From Chthoniobacteraceae bacterium (GTDB taxonomy: Bacteria > Verrucomicrobiota > Verrucomicrobiia > Chthoniobacterales > Chthoniobacteraceae): a DNA stretch of 64,000 nt. The translations under genes were made by a program, and so were the position numbers. The notes beneath the pieces are model-generated. The model did not search any database and was not told where the DNA came from. It saw only the letters and a program-made list of their open reading frames with translations. The stretch spans positions 75,566 through 139,565 of the forward strand of contig JANNXQ010000107.1 of the NCBI GenBank assembly GCA_031409655.1. The letters run 5' to 3'. Below, piece after piece: positions 18,240-27,771 of this stretch (the stretch's first letter is position 1; each line of letters begins with the position of its first letter).

Positions 18240-19258
18240 GGCCGCGCAGACGGCGCCGGATGCGACGCGAAGAAACTCCAGATGGCGTCCGTGGCGTTCA
18301 GCCGGTTCGTCGCTTTGCCGAGGATGAATTCCGGGAGCGGCCTCTTCGCGCCAGGCCAGATATGACCGTGCCCGGCGATGGTCGTGAAGACGACTTCCGC
18401 TCCTTCGCGTCCGCCCCCATGGCGGACGCTGTTGACCCCTTCCACGGAACACGCGAGCGGCTCCGCTTCCGCGGCTGCGCCGATGAGCTTAACCCACTCC
18501 GCCACGTTTTCGCGCACCGGCGGCTTGGCCTTTTCGGGCACGCCCTTGAAGCCTGCGCCGGAGGCCATCTTCGGCACGCCGCCTTCCATCGGGTTGATGG
18601 GATCGGCGGTGCCGGTGAGGTAGAGCAGCGACACGGGCCGCGCGCTTTTCGGCTCCGCAATCCAGAGCGCACCGGAGACCGGCGCGATGGCGGCGATGCG
18701 CTCGGAGAGTTCGAGCCCGACGCGGAAGGTCATCGATGCGCCATTGGAAAAGCCAGTCGCGAAGACGCGGCGGCGGTCCACGGCAAATTTCGCTTCGAGG
18801 TGATCGAGCAGCGCGGCGATGAAAGCCACGTCGGCGACCTTGCGCTCGCCTGCGTGAAAGCGTCCGGAGCCGTCGTTCCAGGCAGGATTGTTGCGGCCAA
18901 ACTTTGCCGGCTGCGTCGGGTCTGGTCGCGTCGCTTTGGGAAAGGCGACGATGAATCCCGCCGCATCCGCTTTCGCCACCCACTCCGTCTCCTTCACGCT
19001 CGCCTCGGGTGTTCCGCCCTTGCCGTGAAACATAAGCACAAGCGGCAGCGCCGTCTTGCCATCGTAAGCCGGTGGCAGGTGAAGGAGCGCGCTCCGCTCC
19101 AGATCGCCCGCCGTCAGCGCGACGGTCTGCAACTTCGCCGCCGCGAGGAACTCGGCGTCATCGCGAACTCGCTGCGCTCGCACCGCGGCCAAAGTGGTGA
19201 TGACGAACATCCCGCAGCCGAGGACCGCGGCGGAGGCGCGAAGGGTGCAGCGTTGCAT
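18236..19258 (-). CDS. LpqC/PHB depolymerase-like esterase
   Basis: LPLVLMFHG, GFSNG nucleophile elbow, GTADP, GHIWPG. Confidence 0.88.
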   Translation of the reverse strand: MQRCTLRASAAVLGCGMFVITTLAAVRAQRVRDDAEFLAAAKLQTVALTAGDLERSALLHLPPAYDGKTALPLVLMFHGKGGTPEASVKETEWVAKADAAGFIVAFPKATRPDPTQPAKFGRNNPAWNDGSGRFHAGERKVADVAFIAALLDHLEAKFAVDRRRVFATGFSNGASMTFRVGLELSERIAAIAPVSGALWIAEPKSARPVSLLYLTGTADPINPMEGGVPKMASGAGFKGVPEKAKPPVRENVAEWVKLIGAAAEAEPLACSVEGVNSVRHGGGREGAEVVFTTIAGHGHIWPGAKRPLPEFILGKATNRLNATDAIWSFFASHPAPSARP

Positions 19259-19267
19259 GGTGAATGA

Positions 19268-19293
19268 GACGTTCAACCCACGTTGTGCGTTAC
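19268..19293 (-). promoter_or_regulatory. Putative ECF-sigma promoter (GTAAC-N17-CGTC)
   Basis: 9 nt upstream of the ATG at 19258; same architecture as 3842-3866. Confidence 0.4.
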
Positions 19294-19310
19294 AGTTTCC
19301 TGTCCGCGAA

Positions 19311-20339
19311 TCAGGGCGCGGGCTTGAGGTGCTGGTTGAACCATTCGAGTTCCAGCCGGGTTGCCTCCTCGAATCCCTCGCGATACACCCCGTAATGGGT
19401 GATGCCTTTGATCACTTGGTATTCCGCCCGCACGCCGCGCTCTTTCAACGCCGCGGCGATGCGCTCGACGTTCGCGTTGCTGCTCAGCTCTTCATTCTCC
19501 GCAACGACAAAGAGAATCGGCGTGGAGATTTTCTCCGCCGCCTCCGCGGGTGAGTAGCCGAGGCCCTTCGTCGGGTTCACGCGCATCTGCGTGTAGGTCG
19601 CCATCTTGCCCGTCATCTTCCCGGTCTCAAAGGGCACCGGTTCGACTTCGCCGCGCGCCTGCTTGCTGAGATAATCAAAGGTGCGCGCGACGACTTGGGG
19701 CGTGCGCGGCGCACCCATGCCGGGAACTTGTGCGGCGGTGCATTTCACGCGCGGGTCGTTGCCGGCGGTCCACGTCACGAGACCGCCGCCGTAGCTGCTG
19801 CCCCAGCTGCCGATGCGCTCTTTGTCCACCTGCGGTTCGCCGGCGATGAAGCTGATCGCCGCGCGGATGTCCATGGCCTGATCGGCGAAATCCATCTGCC
19901 AGCGCACCGCGCGCGCCTTCACCTCGACGTTCCCATCCGCGTCCGGGCGCGGCTGCTTTTCCGGGGTGATGAGCTTGCTGTCGCTCTCGCCCCAACCGCG
20001 ATAATCGAACGCCAGCGCGACATATCCATGCTGCGCAAAGATCACGCCGAGCCGCGCTCCCGATCCACGCTTCGTGCCGCCCGTGCCCGCGCAAAGCACG
20101 ATGCCCGGCAGCTTCGCACCCGCTCCGCGCGCCTTCGGAAAATAGAGATCACCCGCCAGGCGAGTACCATCGCTCCAGACGGTCACCGCGCGTCGCTCGA
20201 CATCCGCCGGCAAGGTATCACGCGCCGCCACATCGCCATTGCGATCGAGCACCTTCACTCCGTCGGACAAACCACCATCTTGGGCGGAATTCGTCAGCGA
20301 GCTAATCGCTAGCGCAGGAATCAGGACGAGCATTTTCAT
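19311..20339 (-). CDS. Secreted alpha/beta hydrolase (S9/S15-like)
   Basis: FDYRGWGES, GSSYGGG, THYGVY. Confidence 0.85.
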   Translation of the reverse strand: MKMLVLIPALAISSLTNSAQDGGLSDGVKVLDRNGDVAARDTLPADVERRAVTVWSDGTRLAGDLYFPKARGAGAKLPGIVLCAGTGGTKRGSGARLGVIFAQHGYVALAFDYRGWGESDSKLITPEKQPRPDADGNVEVKARAVRWQMDFADQAMDIRAAISFIAGEPQVDKERIGSWGSSYGGGLVTWTAGNDPRVKCTAAQVPGMGAPRTPQVVARTFDYLSKQARGEVEPVPFETGKMTGKMATYTQMRVNPTKGLGYSPAEAAEKISTPILFVVAENEELSSNANVERIAAALKERGVRAEYQVIKGITHYGVYREGFEEATRLELEWFNQHLKPAP

Positions 20340-20451
20340 CCCTCATCTATCCGGGAAACGCTTCGTGATTAGATACGGGTGAACGCTTCCACCGCACGCG
20401 ATCCGTGAGCAGTCTTCAAGTTGCTCGCTCGGAGCCAGATTTCCGCTTCGG

Positions 20452-22059
20452 CTATTGGCTCGCCGCAAACCGACCCTTCCAATCTGTGCGCGGGGAGAGC
20501 GCCTGCGGCTTGATGTCGCCCAGGCGACGGCCGGCGGCGGTGCAGGTCGTGGAGAAAATGTGGTAGCCGCGGGTGACTGCAACGTAGGTGACCGGGCCGA
20601 GTTGGCCGAGGTCGCGGCAGAGGGCATAGTGGGGATTCGTCCGCAGTTCGGCTTCGAGGCGGGCGGGAAGTTCGGGTGAGAAATCGCCTTCGGCGAAAAG
20701 GGTGTAGCACCAGCCTCCCTCGGCCGCGCACTCCGGGGCGAGCAGGGCGAAGCACGGCGCGCATCCGCAGGACGCGCACGCGGCCGCGATGGCGCGGGTG
20801 ACAAACGTCTCGGTGAGTTTTTCGCCGCATAAGTCTGAGACGCTGGCGCCGCGGCCGAGGAAGCGCAGCGAGGGTGTCGCGCCGACGAAGCCGTCCACTT
20901 CCACGAGGTCGCCGAGCCGGTAGCGCCACAGGCCGCCGCTGGTGGTGACGATGACGGTGTAGCTCTCGCCGCTCCGCAGTTCGTGGGCGCGCAGCACGTC
21001 GCCGCGCGCGGCGGCGAACTCGAAGAAATGCGACGTGACGGCGAGTGGATGTTTTTCGCGAAAGGGAATCGAGACGAACGCTTCGGTGGCGAGCAAACCT
21101 TTGCTCTGCAACGCCACGCCGGGCAGCCGTCGCTGCAACTCGGCGAAAGGCAGCGCCGCCTGCGCATCGCCCCAGCAACTCACCAACCGCAAGTGCGGCC
21201 AGAGCGCGCGCGCGTCCGCCGGGCCGGCCCGCCGCAGTTCCGCAGCGCGGCGCGGGTGCGGCGGGGCATCCACGGCGGCGCGGATTTCTGGCGGTAGCTG
21301 AGCCGCGCGCTGGCAGCTCCCATTCGTCACATCAGCGACGCATTCCTCCCATCGTGCCGGAAGCGCATCCAGCAGCAGCGTGAAAAAGGAAGGGTGCCAG
21401 ACCGATACGAGCCGCAACTCCGGCTGGCGCAGGAGGCAGAGCAGTGTGAGGTAGCGCGCCGTCTCCACATCCGCGACCAGCCGCAGCGCTGAAGGCACGG
21501 CGAAGGTGGACTCGGCGAGACGTTGCTGGAGGCCGCCGAGATACGCGCTGTCGTCATCGAAACCGATGGGCATCGCCGATGGCTCGTCGGAGGCGGGCAT
21601 CGCGGGGGAGATGGACCAGTAGGCCGGGCCGAGCGGGACGGATGGATGTTGCCGGCAGAGGTCCGCCATCCACGGACCGATGGCGCGATTGAGTTCGCGC
21701 TGAAATGAAGCGGTGTAGGGGATGAGTTTTCGCCCGCCCGTCGAGCCGCTGGTCGGGACGAGGCGGGTGACGGGCTCGCGGGTGAGGACGGACTTTTCGC
21801 CGCGCACAATGCGCGCGATCCACGGCGCGAGATCGTCGTGGTCCACGATGGGCACGCGCTCGCGGAATTCCTCGTAGCTGCGGATGCTTTCAAAGCCGTG
21901 CGCGCGGCCATACGCACTGGCGGCGTCGCGCGCGAGCAGGCGGCGCAAAATATCCGCCTGCGTTTCCGCCGGACGCAGCAGCGCGCGGCGAAAGCGCTGC
22001 CACGCGCGGAGGCTGGTCGCGAGCCAAACCCCGTTCGCCAGCGCAGGGAACCACTTCAT
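20452..22059 (-). CDS. GH3 family acyl-adenylate/amido synthetase
   Basis: PTSGSTGGRKLIP (GH3 motif 1), LATEAFVSIP, GLWRYRLGD, GEKL. Start MKWFP overlaps the upstream stop. Confidence 0.9.
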   Translation of the reverse strand: MKWFPALANGVWLATSLRAWQRFRRALLRPAETQADILRRLLARDAASAYGRAHGFESIRSYEEFRERVPIVDHDDLAPWIARIVRGEKSVLTREPVTRLVPTSGSTGGRKLIPYTASFQRELNRAIGPWMADLCRQHPSVPLGPAYWSISPAMPASDEPSAMPIGFDDDSAYLGGLQQRLAESTFAVPSALRLVADVETARYLTLLCLLRQPELRLVSVWHPSFFTLLLDALPARWEECVADVTNGSCQRAAQLPPEIRAAVDAPPHPRRAAELRRAGPADARALWPHLRLVSCWGDAQAALPFAELQRRLPGVALQSKGLLATEAFVSIPFREKHPLAVTSHFFEFAAARGDVLRAHELRSGESYTVIVTTSGGLWRYRLGDLVEVDGFVGATPSLRFLGRGASVSDLCGEKLTETFVTRAIAAACASCGCAPCFALLAPECAAEGGWCYTLFAEGDFSPELPARLEAELRTNPHYALCRDLGQLGPVTYVAVTRGYHIFSTTCTAAGRRLGDIKPQALSPRTDWKGRFAASQ

Positions 22060-22775
22060 CGCCGGGAAAGCGCGGCCATCCGCCGGCCAGCGGGCGTCAG
22101 GTTGGCCTCGCTGATTTCCGTCAGGCACGCGAGCTCGTCGCCGTTGGCATGGCCGGGATTGCGCGCGAGGAAAAAGGCGATGTCGGCATCGGCGGTGCGT
22201 CCCTCCGGCACGTCGCGGAGTGGTCCGCGGAGTCGCTGGGGTTTGAGAAAGCGCACGATCCCGGCAGTGGCATCGTAGCAGTCGCCGTAGCGCGCGCGGG
22301 CGAGGTGCTCGAGCAGCGACTGGGTGCTCGTTGACGCGCCGTGGCGGGGAAAAAACTCGCGCCAGAAAACCGGCAGGAAGCGGTAGGTGCGAAAGCCGGA
22401 GGTAAGCAGCAGCCAGTAGCAGGGCCGTCCCGGCGAGGCCGCGAGCAGATGATTCACGGCGGCGATCCAAGTGCGGGCGAGCGCGGGCGAGCCCCACGCC
22501 TCCGGCGCGACGATGGTGTCGCCGGAATAGATCGCGGTGAGCGGGCGACCGTCGAACTCTTCGCCGGAGACTAGGAGCGTGGAGAAGCCGAGCAGCCGAC
22601 CGTCGCGCCGGATTTCCACCACCCAGTTTTTCTCCGCGAGATCGCGCTCGAACTGCTCTCGCGTCACCCCATCGAAATGTCGCGAGAGGAGCGCAAACAT
22701 TTCGTCGCGCTGCGCTCCAGAAAGCGCGGCGCGCGGCAGCAGACCATGGACCGGCTGGGGCATCGTCCCGGTCAT
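22056..22775 (-). CDS. GNAT-like conserved hypothetical protein
   Basis: LLGFSTL, YSGDTIVAPEAWG, YWLLLTSGFRTYRFL; translationally coupled to GH3. Confidence 0.7.
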   Translation of the reverse strand: MTGTMPQPVHGLLPRAALSGAQRDEMFALLSRHFDGVTREQFERDLAEKNWVVEIRRDGRLLGFSTLLVSGEEFDGRPLTAIYSGDTIVAPEAWGSPALARTWIAAVNHLLAASPGRPCYWLLLTSGFRTYRFLPVFWREFFPRHGASTSTQSLLEHLARARYGDCYDATAGIVRFLKPQRLRGPLRDVPEGRTADADIAFFLARNPGHANGDELACLTEISEANLTPAGRRMAALSRR

Positions 22776-24031
22776 AGCAGCGCCAAGTCGGGTAAAAATG
22801 CGCCGCACGTCTTCGGCGCAAGGAGCGGCGACATCCCTGTCGCCGACCCACCCACCGCGGCGGAGCCGCCCATATTTTCTGAAAGGAGATGGCTGTCACC
22901 AGCGAGCGCGGGGAGGATTTGGCGCTTCGCGCGATCGGCAACGGCGACAGGGATGTCGCCGCTCCTTGTGGCGTCCGGCCAGCTCACGCGATATAGGCGG
23001 CTGCGCCAGGTGCGGGTGGAAAAGCGGCAGCGCAGCATGGGCAGACGCGGGTCGATGGTCGGGAGTGCGAGGGTGAGAAATTCCACACCCGCGCGGGCGG
23101 CCAGCGGGAAGAATACTTCGATGAAATCCGGCAGCATCGCCTCCGCGCCTTCGGCGAAAGCGAGCGGCGAGAGGAACGCGTGGGCGAGCACCGCGCCCGG
23201 CCGCGGCAGGCGCGGCGTGCCGAGGACGCGGCTCGCGAAGTTCACGAACGGGCGAGCGACAGCGAGCGCGCGGGAATAGCCGTGAATCACCGTCTGCCGA
23301 AACCCGCGCTGATCCCAGAGCGCACCGCACGCGACGACTTCATCGCCGTCGAATGCGAGAAGGAAACTCTCCAGTGGCAGGCCGTGCGTCGCCAACGCCG
23401 CGAGATTTTCCGCCGTCCATACCGCGGCGAGTTCGTGCCGCCGCCCGTGCTCGTTCAGCACGCGGAGCAAATCGGGAACGCGTTCCGGCGTCGCGGACTC
23501 GACCCGCAGCCGCGCGGTGCGGGGGCGACGCGGGACGGCCACGAGCAGCGTGTCCAGCTCCGCGAGAAAGGCATACGCCGGCAGTCCGCGCACTCCGCTT
23601 TCCAGCAGCCGTCGGGCGCGCTCATTGTCGGCGGCGATGCTCGTGAAATAGACCGCTGCAGGGTCGTCGCGTTGCAACTCGTGGAAGAACTCGTAGCCGT
23701 CGCGCACGATCCCAAAGCGCCCGCGCGCCGCAGCATCGAGACGCAACTCCGCGAGGTAACCGACCCGCGTTTCCCGCCCATCCACCCAGCACTCCCGCTC
23801 CGTGCAGCGCCCCATGCACACGAGCCGGGCGCCGTCATGCGCGATGATCGTTTGATCCACGCCGCCCGCGAGGTCCGCGCGGCGAAAGTAATCCGGCTCG
23901 CGCTCGAAGCCGACGCTCACCGCGCCGCGCATCGGGTTTTCGCGGAGCAGCCGCCGGAGCGCGGCATCGTCCGCACGCGTGGCGACGGCGAAGCGCGTCG
24001 TCAGTTCGCGAGGAGCAGCGGTCCCTGCCAT
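22772..24031 (-). CDS. Tandem GNAT-like protein with an in-frame REP-like insertion near the C-terminus
   Basis: LLRENPMRG, FEREPDYF, VGYLAELRL, TSIAADNERA, ALWDQRGFRQ. Confidence 0.75.
   Translation of the reverse strand: MAGTAAPRELTTRFAVATRADDAALRRLLRENPMRGAVSVGFEREPDYFRRADLAGGVDQTIIAHDGARLVCMGRCTERECWVDGRETRVGYLAELRLDAAARGRFGIVRDGYEFFHELQRDDPAAVYFTSIAADNERARRLLESGVRGLPAYAFLAELDTLLVAVPRRPRTARLRVESATPERVPDLLRVLNEHGRRHELAAVWTAENLAALATHGLPLESFLLAFDGDEVVACGALWDQRGFRQTVIHGYSRALAVARPFVNFASRVLGTPRLPRPGAVLAHAFLSPLAFAEGAEAMLPDFIEVFFPLAARAGVEFLTLALPTIDPRLPMLRCRFSTRTWRSRLYRVSWPDATRSGDIPVAVADRAKRQILPALAGDSHLLSENMGGSAAVGGSATGMSPLLAPKTCGAFLPDLALL
22819..22968. repeat. 150-bp REPIN-like element with perfect 27-bp inverted repeats
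   Basis: CAAGGAGCGGCGACATCCCTGTCGCCG (22819-22845) and its exact reverse complement (22942-22968). Confidence 0.85.
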
Positions 24032-25359
24032 GATTCGTCTCCGAGCGGGTAGTAGTCGCGCAGGCTCACGTCGCCGCGATGCATGGCGTTGATGAGGTAA
24101 AAATTCCGCCACATGAAACCGTTCGCGCGGTTCACGGCATCGAGCCCTCGACGCATGATGCTTTTCCACGAATAGAACTGCCGCCGCGCGCCGAGGCAGC
24201 CGCGCTGCAACTCCTCCGCGCTCATGCCGTGCGGGACAAACGGGATGCGGTTGTAGCTGTATCGGTCGTCGAGCCACCACGCGTCGTAGAGCAGGCGGCC
24301 TTCGTCCGCGAGGCGGCGGTAGAGCGGCGTGCCGGGGAAGGGCGTGAGGTGGTTGAACGCGGCGATATACATGCCGTGCTGCTGCGCGAAGTTCACCGTC
24401 TCGTCGAAGCTCGCGGGCGTGTCGCCGTCGTAGCCAAAGACGAACGTGCCGTAGATGCGGACGCGGTGCTTGCGGAGGTTCTCCAGCGCCTTCGTGAAGC
24501 CGCCGCGCGCCGTATTGAAGGTCTTGTTCATCGCCGCGAGGTTCGCGGGATTCAGGCTCTCGAAACCGATGAGCACGCCCTGGCAGCCGCTGCGCCGGAG
24601 CAGGTCGAGAAACTCCTCGTCGTGCGCCGCATTGATGCTCGACTGCCCGACCCAGCGGATGCCGAGCGGGATCAGTTCGCGGAAGAACTCCTTCGCCTGT
24701 GCGAGGTTCGACGTGATGTTGTCGTCCACGAAAAAGAAGAGCTTCTTCGTGTCCTTGAGCGCGCGCAGTTCCGCGATTATCTCGTCCGCGGGCCGGCGCG
24801 TCTGGCTCTGCGAAAAGACCGTCTGCACCGCGCAGAAGTCGCATTTGAAATGGCAGCCGCGCCCCGCTTCCACGAGGCCGATGGGCAGGTAGCGCTTCCC
24901 GCGAAAGATCGAGCGGTCGGGCCGCAGTCCGCGCAGATCGGTGCGGCCGGTGGAGCGGTAGAATTTTTCCAGCCGACCGTGGCGGGCATCGTCGAGCACG
25001 CGCGGCCACAGCACCTCGGCCTCGCCGGTGACCACCGCGTCGGCATAGCGCGCGACTTCATCCGGGCAGAGGCTCGGGTGGAAACCGCCCATGACCACCG
25101 GCACGCCTCGCCGCCGGTATTCGCTGGCGATCTGGTAGGCGCGTTTGGCGGTGTAAGTCTCCACGCTCATCGCCACGAGATCGGTCCGCTCGTCGAAGGG
25201 AATCGTCTCCATCCGATCGTCGTAAAACTTCACCTCCACATCGCGCGGCGTGAGTCCGGCGAGAGTGGCGGCGGGCAGCGGTTCCATCTGCCACGTGCGC
25301 ACGTAATCGCGCTCGCCGCGCCGGCGCCCGATGCAGGGGTGGACGATGGTGAGTTTCAT
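24001..25359 (-). CDS. B12-binding domain radical SAM protein
   Basis: VVMGGFHP; RGCHFKCDFC (CX3CX2C); FFVDDN; LIGFES; LTPFPGT. Confidence 0.93.
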   Translation of the reverse strand: MKLTIVHPCIGRRRGERDYVRTWQMEPLPAATLAGLTPRDVEVKFYDDRMETIPFDERTDLVAMSVETYTAKRAYQIASEYRRRGVPVVMGGFHPSLCPDEVARYADAVVTGEAEVLWPRVLDDARHGRLEKFYRSTGRTDLRGLRPDRSIFRGKRYLPIGLVEAGRGCHFKCDFCAVQTVFSQSQTRRPADEIIAELRALKDTKKLFFFVDDNITSNLAQAKEFFRELIPLGIRWVGQSSINAAHDEEFLDLLRRSGCQGVLIGFESLNPANLAAMNKTFNTARGGFTKALENLRKHRVRIYGTFVFGYDGDTPASFDETVNFAQQHGMYIAAFNHLTPFPGTPLYRRLADEGRLLYDAWWLDDRYSYNRIPFVPHGMSAEELQRGCLGARRQFYSWKSIMRRGLDAVNRANGFMWRNFYLINAMHRGDVSLRDYYPLGDESWQGPLLLAN

Positions 25360-26720
25360 ACGTCGGCGGTTTCAAAAACCCGCACCGGTGCCGACGGCGC
25401 GCGGCCGATGATCCAGTCGCAGTTGTAAAAGCGGCTGAGATTGTGCGCGTAGAAACGGTAGCCGAGATTCGTGCCGATGCGCACCGGCCACGGCGCGGGC
25501 GAGCGACGGAGTCGGCGGAAGATGCTGCGGAAACTGTAGGCGTGCTTCCACGCCGTCTCGATGCCAGTTTGCAGCTCTTCCACGCTCATGTGCTTCGGCT
25601 GAAAGACGACGTGCTGCGCGTCATAAAGCTCCCAGTCCTTCGTGAGGATGCGGCCTTCGGCTTCGAGGCGTTTGTAGAGCGGCGTGTTCGGAAACGGCGT
25701 GACCACGGCGAAGCGCGGGAGGTCGATCCCGGCCTCCACGGCGAACTGGGCGGTCTTCATGAAGACGTCCGGCTTGTCGTCATCGAGCCCGAATACGAAG
25801 CACCCCTGCAGCGCGATGCCGTGCGCGTGCAGGCGCTCGACGACGCCCGCGTAGTCGCCGGGTGAATTGAAGCCCTTGTGGTTCTGCCGCAGGTTCGTTT
25901 CGGAGATGGATTCCAGGCCCATGAGCAGACCCTTGCACCCGCTCCGCCCGCAGAGTTCAAGCAGCTCGGGATCATCCGCGAGCAGCGTCGTGGCGAGGCC
26001 ATACCATTGGAGCCGCAGCGGGATGAGCGCGGCGAAAAGCTCCAGCGCGTAGCCGCGATGCGCGATGAGATTCAGGTCCACGAAGATGAGTTTCCGCGCG
26101 CCGTGCTGGCGGATGTCGGCGACGACTTCGGCGACGGGCTTGTGAAACGGCTTCCGTCCCCACGCCGTCGGCACCACGCAGAAATCGCAGCTATGCACGC
26201 AGCCGCGCGTCGCCTCGAAAACATTGCTGGTCAGGAAGTGCCGCGCGGGCAGCAGATCGCGCCGCGGAAAGGGCCGCCCGCCGATGTCGAGTCCCGGCGC
26301 CTGCTGGTAGCGCGCCCGCATTTCGCCCGCGGCGAAATCCCGCAAGAGCTGCGGCCACGTGTCCTCCGCGTAGCCGACCACGAGCGCATCGGCGTGCGGC
26401 TCCGCGTCCTCGGGAATGAGCGTCACATGCGGTCCGCCGAGCACCACCGCGATACCGCGCGCCCGGAAGTGATCCGCCAGTTCATAAGCCCGCCGCGCCG
26501 TGCCCGTGATGACCGTGAGCCCGATCAGATCCGCGTCCAAATCAAGCGGCACATCCGCGATGCCTTCGTCGATCAACTCCAACTCCGCCGGCACATCGTC
26601 CGGCACCAGCGCCGCGAGGGTCGTGAGCGTGAGCGGCTGGTAGCGCAGCGACTTTTTCCAAATCCCGCCGCGATGCCGGTAGAGCGGACCTTTGGGGGAA
26701 ATGAGAGCGATGCGAATCAC
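25356..26720 (-). CDS. B12-binding domain radical SAM protein
   Basis: VVLGGPHVT; RGCVHSCDFC; IFVDLN; LMGLES; VTPFPNT. GTG start (VIRIALISP) inferred. Confidence 0.92.
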   Translation of the reverse strand: MIRIALISPKGPLYRHRGGIWKKSLRYQPLTLTTLAALVPDDVPAELELIDEGIADVPLDLDADLIGLTVITGTARRAYELADHFRARGIAVVLGGPHVTLIPEDAEPHADALVVGYAEDTWPQLLRDFAAGEMRARYQQAPGLDIGGRPFPRRDLLPARHFLTSNVFEATRGCVHSCDFCVVPTAWGRKPFHKPVAEVVADIRQHGARKLIFVDLNLIAHRGYALELFAALIPLRLQWYGLATTLLADDPELLELCGRSGCKGLLMGLESISETNLRQNHKGFNSPGDYAGVVERLHAHGIALQGCFVFGLDDDKPDVFMKTAQFAVEAGIDLPRFAVVTPFPNTPLYKRLEAEGRILTKDWELYDAQHVVFQPKHMSVEELQTGIETAWKHAYSFRSIFRRLRRSPAPWPVRIGTNLGYRFYAHNLSRFYNCDWIIGRAPSAPVRVFETADV

Positions 26721-26826
26721 GCCGCAGAGGCTAGGTGTGAACGCAGGGCGCGGCAAAATTGAAAACGGCAATGCTGGAATCGATTTTTTGAATGCAACAA
26801 TTCCCGAAGTGCCCGGGTATCTCTTG

Positions 26827-27771
26827 ATGAAGTCAATGATCGCGACTCCTTCCACTCAGCCGCTGGCGGTGCCCAATCGGCTGAACCTTTGTCTCCTGCT
26901 TGGGCAGCTCGCCGTCATCGGCGTCTGCATGTTCACGCTCAGAAGAGTCGAAAGTTGGTGGGCGCTCGCGGGGGTGGCCGTGATTTTCGGTATCCTGATG
27001 AACTCGGTCTATTCGATCATCCATGAGGCGGAGCACGCGATGCTGTTTTCCAGTCGCCGATGGAATGACCTCGCAGGCAGCTTGATGGCGCTGTTTTTTC
27101 CTGCGCCTTTTCATCTCATCCGACAGGGGCACCTCGGGCATCATCTGCGCAATCGTTCGGACGATGAGGCGTTCGATTTCTACTTCGAGGAGGATCACAA
27201 GCTCTGGAAAATTCTCGTGCTCTACGGGATTCTGACCGGCCTGTATTACGTCGTCGTAGCGTTGAGTAATGTCGTGTTCCTCGTGCTGCCGTTTCGAGAT
27301 GATAAGAAATACTGGCACGTGGATCAGGCTTCGACCGCTTTCATGGAGTCACTCAATCTGCGTTATCGTTTGGTAATCCGGCTCGAATGTGCGGCTGCGA
27401 TCGCGCTGCACACCAGCATCGTGTGGCTGCTGGAGATTCCGATCGGGCACTACCTCGTCATGTATGCGGGCTTCGGGCTGATGTGGTCGGGGATGCAATA
27501 CGTGCATCACTACGGCACCGAGCGGCACGTCACCCGCGGAGCGCGGAATCTGTGGATCTGGAAGCCGCTCGATCTGCTGTGGCTGAACCACAACTGGCAT
27601 CTTACTCATCACCTGCACCCATCCGTGCCGTGGCTGTATCTGCCGGAGACTGGTGTGGAGGGAAATGCGCAGCGCGGCTTTCTGCTCACGGCGTATCTGA
27701 AAATGTGGCGCGGGCCAAAGCTGGCGCCAGGGCGCGTGCCGAATCAGCACGCGGGCAAGGTTATCTCCTGA
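26827..27771 (+). CDS. Membrane fatty acid desaturase family protein
   Basis: His boxes HEAEH, HLGHH, (QYVHH) and HLTHH; TM segments. Confidence 0.9.
   Translation: MKSMIATPSTQPLAVPNRLNLCLLLGQLAVIGVCMFTLRRVESWWALAGVAVIFGILMNSVYSIIHEAEHAMLFSSRRWNDLAGSLMALFFPAPFHLIRQGHLGHHLRNRSDDEAFDFYFEEDHKLWKILVLYGILTGLYYVVVALSNVVFLVLPFRDDKKYWHVDQASTAFMESLNLRYRLVIRLECAAAIALHTSIVWLLEIPIGHYLVMYAGFGLMWSGMQYVHHYGTERHVTRGARNLWIWKPLDLLWLNHNWHLTHHLHPSVPWLYLPETGVEGNAQRGFLLTAYLKMWRGPKLAPGRVPNQHAGKVIS

Noticed and set aside
20452..22941. 829-aa GH3 ORF (and the 745-aa ORF 22772-25009) as long fusion proteins
   Set aside because: The N-terminal extensions are alternate frames of upstream genes; starts at 22059 and 24031 give normal coupled genes.
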